Both the position numbers and the translations under genes were made by a program. 64,000 bases of DNA, taken from contig CAZWPX010000023.1 in the NCBI GenBank assembly GCA_964636125.1, forward strand, positions 1,010 through 65,009. Reading direction: 5' to 3'. Every line of letters begins with the position of its first letter. The first letter of the stretch is position 1. The stretch is from an uncultured Desulfobacterales bacterium (lineage in GTDB: Bacteria; Desulfobacterota; Desulfobacteria; Desulfobacterales; CAJINA01). Positions 43,648 to 51,314 of this stretch are shown here, piece after piece. The notes under the pieces were generated by a model. The model made no database searches. It had not been told where the DNA came from and worked only from the letters and a program-made list of their open reading frames with translations.

Positions 43648-44385
43648 ATGAATCCAGTCATGCAATTACTCCAGGCCCACCGTTCCATCCGGAAATTTAC
43701 AAACCAGGCGGTGGACAATCAAACAATAGAGGCTATCGTTCGCTGCGGGCAGGCCGCGGCCACCTCCAGCAACCTCCAGGCCACGACTGTTCTCATCGTC
43801 CGGGACCCGGATACACGCCAAAAAATTGCCCGCCTGGCCGGCGATCAACAGTATGTCGCCGCTGCCGGCGCTTTCCTGGTATTTTGCGCCGATCTCCAAC
43901 GTTCGCAAAGTGCCTGTGAAATGCAAGGCGGCTCGTTTGCACCCGGCATGACCGAGCACTTTCTCATCGCCACCGTGGACGTGGCCCTGTTTGCCCAGAA
44001 CTGTGCCATCGCTGCAGAATCGATGGGGTTGGGCATCTGCTACATTGGCGGAATCCGCAACGACCCCGCCCAGGTGTGCCGCCTCCTGGATCTGCCGGAT
44101 CAGGTCTACCCCGTTTTTGGCTTCTGTCTCGGATTCCCGGCCCAGGATCCCGAAGTCAAACCACGACTGCCGCTTGCAGTCGTGCTCAAGGAGGAACGGT
44201 ATCAGGCTTCGGAGGATGAAAAGGGTATTGGGCTTTACGATAAACAGTTGCGCGATTACTACAGCACCCGTACGGGCGGCACCAAGGACAGCTGCTGGAC
44301 GCAGGAAATGAAAGAACTGGTGGGCAAGGAATCCCGCCCCCACATGCGAGGCTTTCTGAAATCACGCGGCTTTACTATGAAATGA
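43648..44385 (+). CDS. nfsA: Oxygen-insensitive NADPH nitroreductase, NfsA family
   Basis: LLQAHRSIRKFTNQAV...AATSSNLQATTVLIVRD...ESMGLGICYIGGIRN...PRLP is collinear with NfsA/FRP. The SD is AAGGAAG. Confidence 0.85.
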   Translation: MNPVMQLLQAHRSIRKFTNQAVDNQTIEAIVRCGQAAATSSNLQATTVLIVRDPDTRQKIARLAGDQQYVAAAGAFLVFCADLQRSQSACEMQGGSFAPGMTEHFLIATVDVALFAQNCAIAAESMGLGICYIGGIRNDPAQVCRLLDLPDQVYPVFGFCLGFPAQDPEVKPRLPLAVVLKEERYQASEDEKGIGLYDKQLRDYYSTRTGGTKDSCWTQEMKELVGKESRPHMRGFLKSRGFTMK

Positions 44386-44426
44386 GGCTGTTACAATTCA
44401 ACGATTTTTACTAATCGGTGCCCGAC

Positions 44427-45023
44427 ATGGATCTGTTAAAAATCGATTTCACCCAAAGGCTTCTTACAGTCAATGGACTAAACCCCGACGATGTTAAGTG
44501 CTGGTTGTTCTGCCCGGGCATGCTTTTTAATTCGCCGGATAAATGGTGGGGGGATCTGTCTCTGCGGGATTTCCCGCATGAAGGCGTCGATTTCTGCCTG
44601 TACCGGGATCACTCCGGAAAAATTGTTCATCTTGATCACACCACCCGTATCCCGGTGATGCACACCGGAACAGTCAGGGCCCTGTTCACCGATTTTTTGG
44701 GTCAGGCCGTGATAATCGAACATGAAACCGATCAGAAAAGAAAATATCTGTCGGTCTACGCCCACACAACGCCGCGCAGTGAAATCCGGCCCGGTGTCAC
44801 TGTACATGCAGGGGACGTCATCGCAAACATCGCCGATACCAGCCGGTCAAAGGCCGGAATCCACCCCCACCTGCACATCTCGTTTGGCATCCCGACTCCG
44901 GATCTAATCTACGAGCCCTTCATCTGGAACTGCATGCGTGACCCCGGCCTGGTGGCTCTGCTGGACCCGCTTCATATTCTCGATTGGCCCTGGGAACTGC
45001 AGGAAAACGGCTGGTGGTTCTAA
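44427..45023 (+). CDS. M23-family metallopeptidase-like protein (no signal peptide seen)
   Basis: HEGVDF (HxxxD) and HPHLHISF (HxH) motifs are present. An alternative GTG start is at 44418. Confidence 0.75.
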   Translation: MDLLKIDFTQRLLTVNGLNPDDVKCWLFCPGMLFNSPDKWWGDLSLRDFPHEGVDFCLYRDHSGKIVHLDHTTRIPVMHTGTVRALFTDFLGQAVIIEHETDQKRKYLSVYAHTTPRSEIRPGVTVHAGDVIANIADTSRSKAGIHPHLHISFGIPTPDLIYEPFIWNCMRDPGLVALLDPLHILDWPWELQENGWWF

Positions 45024-45147
45024 GTAAAAAAGCCTGGTCCAGAGAGGCTGTGTCGTAATTGGTCAAACCACGTAGGGCACTTGCTTCGCGACGCCTATAG
45101 TTGACGAGTCGCTGCGTTTCGCTGATTTCATCAAATAGGCAATTGTT

Positions 45148-46707
45148 CTATTCCTGATCGAGCACATTCCTCACCATTTTCAGTAGATCCTCCCCCAGAT
45201 AGGGTTTGGAAAGAAACCCCCGGGTCTGAGCTTCGATCTGCTCCCAGCTCAATGTCTCGGGTTTAGTGGCCGAGGTAAGAACCACCTTCACGCCTGGATC
45301 GATCTGCAGCAACTCCTGCAGGCATCTTTCGCCCCCCATATTCGGCATGATCAAATCGAGCAGGATCATATCGATCCGGTTTTTTTCCTCGCGGTACAGT
45401 TTCAGGGCGTCTACCCCGTCCTCCGCCGTCAAAACACTGTAGCCAGCCATTTCCAGGCGCCGTTGCCCAAATAGTCGCATGGACGCCACATCATCCACCA
45501 GCAGAATTGTTTCGCCGCCGGTTTGAACGACATTCGTTTTTTTCTTCTCTACCGCCTTCACAGATCGGGGCGCTGCCGGCAGGAAAATTTTGAACAGGGC
45601 CCCTTTCCCCAGGACGCTCTTGCAGGTGATGAGGCCGTCATGATTCTGTATAATGCCGTACACCATGGCCAGGCCCAGACCGGTACCCTTGTCCGCCCGT
45701 TTGGTGGTAAAAAAAGGATCGAAGATCTGTTCAAGGGTCTCTTTGGCCATGCCCTGGCCGGAGTCGGCCACGCTGATGCAAACATAGGCTCCCGGAACCA
45801 GGTTGGGCTGCGACTTGCAGTAATCCGGGGTGAGGGTGACACTGGCGGTCTGGATGATCAGCTTTCCGCCGTCCGGCATGGCATCCCTTGCGTTGTTGAA
45901 GAGATTCATGAGCACCTGACCGATCTGGCCGGCATCGGCAGCCACCGGGGGCAGCGCTTCCTCGAGATTCAGGATCACCTCCAACTCGCTGGCTATTCCG
46001 TTTTTCACGAGACCGTGGAGCTGACGGACCTGCTGATTCAGATCGATCAGTTTTTTGATGCTTTCCAGTTTCCGACTGTAAGAGAGCATCTGCTGCACGA
46101 TATCGACACCCCTCTGGCAGGCATCAAAGATTGTATTTAATTCAGGATAGCCGGGGTCGTCGTGGCTATGACGGATCATGAGAAGTTCGGTCGAGCCCTG
46201 GATGGCTGCAATCAAATTCTTGAAATCATGGGCGATGCCGCTGGCCAGGGTCCCCACAGCTTCCAGTTTCCGGGCTTGCTGGAGCCGTTTTTCGAGCTGC
46301 CTGCGCTCGTTCGTCAGGCGGACCGCCCGGAGCATGTACCGCACCCGCTGTACCAGGATCATCCATTCGATCGGTTTGGTGATGAAGTCGGTGGCGCCGG
46401 CTTCATAGGCCCGGCTGATCGATTCGACATCCTCCAGGGCCGTGACCATGACCACCGGGATTAAATTTCCGCCCGGCAATTCGCGGATCGCCCGGCAGGT
46501 ATCGTAGCCGTCCATCTCAGGCATCATCACATCCAGCAGCACAATCGCCGGCTTCAACCGCTTGACCGCCTCCAGGCCTTCGACGCCGTTCACAGCTTCA
46601 GACACCGAAAAGCCCGCCTGTTGTAAGGACACTCGGGCGACTTCGCGGAGAATGGTATCATCATCGACAATCAGGATCTGGGACCGGGATTCCTTTTTGG
46701 GGGCCAT
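45148..46707 (-). CDS. Hybrid histidine kinase: REC-HisKA-HATPase-REC
   Basis: The N-terminal receiver has ILIVDDD...[12 protein letters not shown]. The H-box is [18 protein letters not shown], the G-box is DSGQGM...[12 protein letters not shown], and the C-terminal receiver has ILLVDD...[12 protein letters not shown]. Confidence 0.9.
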   Translation of the reverse strand: MAPKKESRSQILIVDDDTILREVARVSLQQAGFSVSEAVNGVEGLEAVKRLKPAIVLLDVMMPEMDGYDTCRAIRELPGGNLIPVVMVTALEDVESISRAYEAGATDFITKPIEWMILVQRVRYMLRAVRLTNERRQLEKRLQQARKLEAVGTLASGIAHDFKNLIAAIQGSTELLMIRHSHDDPGYPELNTIFDACQRGVDIVQQMLSYSRKLESIKKLIDLNQQVRQLHGLVKNGIASELEVILNLEEALPPVAADAGQIGQVLMNLFNNARDAMPDGGKLIIQTASVTLTPDYCKSQPNLVPGAYVCISVADSGQGMAKETLEQIFDPFFTTKRADKGTGLGLAMVYGIIQNHDGLITCKSVLGKGALFKIFLPAAPRSVKAVEKKKTNVVQTGGETILLVDDVASMRLFGQRRLEMAGYSVLTAEDGVDALKLYREEKNRIDMILLDLIMPNMGGERCLQELLQIDPGVKVVLTSATKPETLSWEQIEAQTRGFLSKPYLGEDLLKMVRNVLDQE

Positions 46708-47094
46708 GGTTTTTCCATTTTTAAAGATTCTGTTTATTGCGTTGGTTTATCATGTAAATAGTTAGATTTCCAATCTATACCGCTCTGCAAGTCAAAATCA
46801 AGTACAGAATTTTGCGTATACTAAGTTTTATTAAAATAAGCGGTACGTATTAAGCAGGAGGTAGCGTATCGTAACCAGCATACAGAAACCGTCCACCATG
46901 TAAACCGTGCACATGAGCTCCGTTCAGCCGCTCCATGCAGAACCTCCAAGATTTGTTGATTTGAGCATTCTAAACCCACCAATATCGGTGGAACCAAACA
47001 GATTTATGCCCGCAAATGTTAATTTTTATAGTAGTATCGGGGAAATAATTAGATAAAAAACTGAACTCAGCGCATACATCGGTACTTTTATTGT

Positions 47095-47110
47095 TGGCAT
47101 GCACTTTGCT
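47095..47110 (+). promoter_or_regulatory. Putative sigma-54 (-24/-12) promoter upstream of the giant repeat protein
   Basis: TGGCATgcactTTGCT is a near-perfect match to TGGCAC-N5-TTGCW. It lies 80 nt upstream of the ATG at 47190, in a 480-bp AT-rich divergent region. Confidence 0.6.
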
Positions 47111-47189
47111 ATATACTAATGGGTCTTATACTATACCATACGTTTTAGAAGCATCTGGATTATCTCAACTTCTTTGGTAACGATTTTTC

Positions 47190-50100
47190 ATGAATAAATG
47201 GTTTAAAACCGCCTTGAAAACAATGTGTGATCGCCTGGGGGCAGGCACCCGCGGCGTACCTCGGCCGGTGCCGGGCAAAGCACCGAACGCCGGGCCCAGG
47301 CAGGATTCGTTTCCCGCAGGCATTCACTTCGAGGCCCTGGAACCCCGCCTGCTGCTTTCGGCCAGCGGAGACGGCATTGTTGCGGGTGTGGCCGTCCAGG
47401 CCGCTCCTTCGTCGGAACACGCTGCCATCGAAGCGGAAAACTTTCAATTCAACCAGTTGAACCAGTCGCTATCAACCAATCTCCTGCACACAACTGAAAT
47501 CAAGGAGAGCGGCCTTTCCCAGGGCAACTCAACTCCCCAAGGGAGCAATCCGGTATCCCATCCTGCGGACGCCACCACGACAAACAATGAAAACCAACTG
47601 GTTTCGTCAATACCAGCAGAATCGGTTGACATCCTGACCAGTATAGAAAGCCATGTTCTGGATACGGTCCTCGAACGTTCTGAACTGGTGGTAATCGATG
47701 GGGGCATCCAGGACACCGATACGCTGATAAATGATCTTTTGGCTGATCGAGACGATGGCCGTACGATAGAGGTTGTGATTATAGACCCGGAACAGGACGG
47801 TTTTGAACAGGTCAGTGACCTGCTGGCCACGCGCCAGGGGCTGGATGCGGTTCATTTTGTCTCCCACGGAACGGATCGCGGTGTAAAGCTGGGTGACACG
47901 TGGCTCTATCCGGGTAATCTCGATGACTATGCGGGTGATATCGCCGGATGGAAAGATTCCCTGGCGGCGGAAGCGGATCTACTTTTTTATGGTTGTGATC
48001 TGGCCGCCGGCGAAGAGGGACAGGCCTTGCTCGCTTCTTTGGGCGAATTGACCGGTGCGGACGTTACAGCAAGCGATGATGACACCGGCCATGCGCTTTT
48101 AGGTGGAGACTGGGATCTGGAATACCGGGCAGGCGATCTCGAGACCGCTGTTGCATTCAGCGCAGAACTACAGCATCACTGGGACGGACTCCTGGCGCCC
48201 CCGACTCTCGACCTGGATGTAAACAACAGCTCAGGCGCAGGAGGTAACGATTATCAGCTCACGTATACGGAGGGAGACGTTGCCACAGCCATTGCCGACA
48301 CCGACTCCGATGTTGCCGATGCAGATTCCACCACCTTTGATCACGTGACGCTTTCAGTGAGCGGGTTGTTGGATGGCAACGCCGAGGAGATGGTGCTCGA
48401 CGGAGACACTTTTGCGCTGTCCACGGCGGTTGCAGGTCAGAACACCAGTGGTCTTAAGTACACGGTAACGGTAACAGCGGTACCGGGATCGGGCACGGCC
48501 ACGATGACGATCACCAAGCAGGGCGGTGGGACGTTTACCGAGGTCGAGACCGAAGCACTGATCGAAGAGATTAAATATCGTCATGCCGACGACAACCCGA
48601 GCGACGGCAATCGTACGATCGACATGACGGTCAACGACGGATCAGTCGACAGTGCGGCGGCGCGAACGACGATCAACGTCGATCCGGTCAACGATGCACC
48701 GACCCTGACCGTGTTTTCAGCCCCAATCAAAACGTCGTCCCAAGATGAAACGGTGACCATCACGTTTGGCGACTTGACGACTCAGGGTGATGAGGCAGAT
48801 GTGGACGGCACAGTGGATGCGTTCATCGTCAAGGCGGTATCGAGCGGCACACTGTTGATCGGCGCATCTAAGGGCTCTGCCGCAGCTTGGGCGGCCGGAA
48901 CCAACGACACAATCAGTGGTTTGGATAAAGGGTTCTGGACGCCAGTCAGCGGTGCTACGGGTACGCTAAATGCCTTTACGATGGTTGTCGAGGACAACTC
49001 GGGAGCCGAATCGGCCACCCCAGTTCAGGCGCAGGTATCGGTCACGGCCAATAATGTACCGACGCTGACGGCGTTTGCGGCTCCCATCGATACGACGGCC
49101 GAGGACACACAGGTAGATATCACGTTTGCCGAACTGGTGGCCCAGGGTGATGAGGCGGATGTTGACGGTACGGTGGACGGTTTTGTGGTCAAGGCGGTCA
49201 CGAGTGGCACGCTTTTAATTGGTACGGATGCGGGTAGTGCAACGATCTGGGCAGCGGGCAGCAACGATACAATCGATGCGGCAAACAATGCTTACTGGAC
49301 GCCGGATAGTGATGCGAACGGGACGCTGAATGCTTTTACAGCTGTGGCCTTGGACAACTCGGGAGCCGAATCAGCCACTCCGGTTCAGGCGCAGATAACG
49401 GTGACCGCGGTCAACGATGCGCCCACCGCGACGAACCTGAGTGCCCCGGAGAGCTACACCGAGGACACGGCGCTCAATCTGACCGACATCGTGGTCACTG
49501 ATGTGGACAGTGCCACTGTCACGGTGACCCTGACCTTGTCGGATCCGGCGGCCGGCTCCCTGAGCACCGGCACATCCGGTGCGGTGACCTCGACCTTTGC
49601 GGCCGGGGTGTGGACCGCCTCGGGCGCCCTTGCCGATGTCAACACCCTGCTGGCCGGCGTCACCTTCACCCCGGCGATCAACTACAACAGCAACTTTAAC
49701 ATCGCCACCGGCGTCTCTGACGGTGCGGCCCCGGCGATCACCGGCACCAAGGTCATGACCGGCGCCGCGGTCAACGATGCGCCCACCGCGACGAACCTGA
49801 GTGCCCCGGAGAGCTACACCGAGGACACGGCGCTCAATCTGACCGACATCGTGGTCACTGATGTGGACAGTGCCACTGTCACGGTGACCCTGACCTTGTC
49901 GGATCCGGCGGCCGGCTCCCTGAGCACCGGCACATCCGGTGCGGTGACCTCGACCTTTGCGGCCGGGGTGTGGACCGCCTCGGGCGCCCTTGCCGATGTC
50001 AACACCCTGCTGGCCGGCGTCACCTTCACCCCGGCGATCAACTACAACAGCAACTTTAACATCGCCACCGGCGTCTCTGACGGTGCGGCCCCGGCGATCA

Positions 50101-51311
50101 CCGGCACCAAGGTCATGACCGGCGCCGCGGTCAACGATGCGCCCACCGCGACGAACCTGAGTGCCCCGGAGAGCTACACCGAGGACACGGCGCTCAATCT
50201 GACCGACATCGTGGTCACTGATGTGGACAGTGCCACTGTCACGGTGACCCTGACCTTGTCGGATCCGGCGGCCGGCTCCCTGAGCACCGGCACATCCGGT
50301 GCGGTGACCTCGACCTTTGCGGCCGGGGTGTGGACCGCCTCGGGCGCCCTTGCCGATGTCAACACCCTGCTGGCCGGCGTCACCTTCACCCCAACCGGGG
50401 GCTACGCCGGTGACTTTACCATCGCCACAAGTGCGAACGACGGCACGGCACCGGTGGTGACGGGAGTAAAAAATGTGTCCCTGGCAGCCGCTGCCGATCC
50501 AACGCCGCCGACGCTCCCTGCGGAAGACAATGATCCAGATCCGGTAACTCCGCCCGAGCCCGATCCAGAGACACCTGAAGACGAATCCGCACCCGCGGAC
50601 GTCGCAGAAGAGGCTCCTGCCGAGGCCGAAGCCGAGGCCTTGAATGAAGATGATTCGGGTGATACCGTAACGGCGGTTCCACCGACAGCCGCCGGAGCCG
50701 TGTCTTCACAACAGCGGCTTGCCTCGAACACGCTGCGTGGATTTATACAACGGTCCCTCCGGGGCCTGAGCCTTGAACAGGTTGCGGAGATCGACCTCAA
50801 AGAACTCCGGGAAATGACGGCCGAGACCCAACCGGCCTGGTCTGTTGCCCAGACCCGGGCAGCATCAATGACCTTTGGTACCCGGCTGACTGATTTGGGC
50901 ATTCGGACAGTTCTCGCATTCGATTTCCTGGAAAACTCGCTGGACGGGCTCCAACAAGAAGCAGAGGAAGAGATCGCGCTCAACCAGGTGGTTGCAAGTT
51001 CCGCCATTGCCGTAACGACAGGCCTGTCCGTGGGGTATGTGGCCTGGCTGCTGCGAAGCGGCGTGCTGCTCAGTTCTTTGCTGTCTTCCATGCCGGCCTG
51101 GCGGATTCTGGATCCGTTGCCTGTGCTTGCAGGAAAACTGGACGATTTCGAGGAGACGGACGAAGAATCCCTGGAGACCATCATCGAGCGGCCGTCGCCG
51201 CCTTCCGCCGATGACGACCCGAATGATGCATCTGCCTCTGTGGACGTTGCGGACGAAGTCGTGAAGGACGTGAAAGACGTGAAAGACGTGAAAGACGTGA
51301 AGGAAACGTAA
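47190..51311 (+). CDS. Giant repeat protein: N-terminal LEPR-XLL motif, DUF4347, cadherin-like repeats, acidic/Pro-rich linker, C-terminal TM segment
   Basis: FEALEPRLLLSA lies at 47328..47363. The DUF4347-like block runs ELVVIDGGIQD...DAVHFVSHG...LLFYGCDLAAGEEGQALL...GADVTASDDDTGH..LGGDWDLEY. Repeats of ~120 aa are bounded by VNDAPT. The segment SAIAVTTGLSVGYVAWLLRSGVLLSSLLSSMPAW is hydrophobic. No RTX GGxGxD array was seen. Confidence 0.9.
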   Translation: MNKWFKTALKTMCDRLGAGTRGVPRPVPGKAPNAGPRQDSFPAGIHFEALEPRLLLSASGDGIVAGVAVQAAPSSEHAAIEAENFQFNQLNQSLSTNLLHTTEIKESGLSQGNSTPQGSNPVSHPADATTTNNENQLVSSIPAESVDILTSIESHVLDTVLERSELVVIDGGIQDTDTLINDLLADRDDGRTIEVVIIDPEQDGFEQVSDLLATRQGLDAVHFVSHGTDRGVKLGDTWLYPGNLDDYAGDIAGWKDSLAAEADLLFYGCDLAAGEEGQALLASLGELTGADVTASDDDTGHALLGGDWDLEYRAGDLETAVAFSAELQHHWDGLLAPPTLDLDVNNSSGAGGNDYQLTYTEGDVATAIADTDSDVADADSTTFDHVTLSVSGLLDGNAEEMVLDGDTFALSTAVAGQNTSGLKYTVTVTAVPGSGTATMTITKQGGGTFTEVETEALIEEIKYRHADDNPSDGNRTIDMTVNDGSVDSAAARTTINVDPVNDAPTLTVFSAPIKTSSQDETVTITFGDLTTQGDEADVDGTVDAFIVKAVSSGTLLIGASKGSAAAWAAGTNDTISGLDKGFWTPVSGATGTLNAFTMVVEDNSGAESATPVQAQVSVTANNVPTLTAFAAPIDTTAEDTQVDITFAELVAQGDEADVDGTVDGFVVKAVTSGTLLIGTDAGSATIWAAGSNDTIDAANNAYWTPDSDANGTLNAFTAVALDNSGAESATPVQAQITVTAVNDAPTATNLSAPESYTEDTALNLTDIVVTDVDSATVTVTLTLSDPAAGSLSTGTSGAVTSTFAAGVWTASGALADVNTLLAGVTFTPAINYNSNFNIATGVSDGAAPAITGTKVMTGAAVNDAPTATNLSAPESYTEDTALNLTDIVVTDVDSATVTVTLTLSDPAAGSLSTGTSGAVTSTFAAGVWTASGALADVNTLLAGVTFTPAINYNSNFNIATGVSDGAAPAITGTKVMTGAAVNDAPTATNLSAPESYTEDTALNLTDIVVTDVDSATVTVTLTLSDPAAGSLSTGTSGAVTSTFAAGVWTASGALADVNTLLAGVTFTPTGGYAGDFTIATSANDGTAPVVTGVKNVSLAAAADPTPPTLPAEDNDPDPVTPPEPDPETPEDESAPADVAEEAPAEAEAEALNEDDSGDTVTAVPPTAAGAVSSQQRLASNTLRGFIQRSLRGLSLEQVAEIDLKELREMTAETQPAWSVAQTRAASMTFGTRLTDLGIRTVLAFDFLENSLDGLQQEAEEEIALNQVVASSAIAVTTGLSVGYVAWLLRSGVLLSSLLSSMPAWRILDPLPVLAGKLDDFEETDEESLETIIERPSPPSADDDPNDASASVDVADEVVKDVKDVKDVKDVKET
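49405..50392 (+). repeat. 2.7 copies of a 100%-identical 360-bp (120-aa) tandem repeat
   Basis: A line-by-line comparison shows 49405-49764 equals 49765-50124, which equals 50125-50392 (a partial third unit). Two older, diverged ~120-aa units precede it (~48700-49400). Confidence 0.95.
51261..51305 (+). repeat. 9-bp microsatellite (gtgaaRgac)x5 encoding (VKD)n at the C-terminus of the giant protein
   Basis: gtgaaggac gtgaaagac gtgaaagac gtgaaagac gtgaaggaa. Confidence 0.9.
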
Positions 51312-51314
51312 TTT

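Noticed and set aside
49405-50392. Regular identical repeats considered as a CRISPR array or mobile element
   Set aside because: The units are 360 bp with no spacers, are in frame and encode a continuous cadherin-like domain repeat. No cas genes or transposase are nearby.
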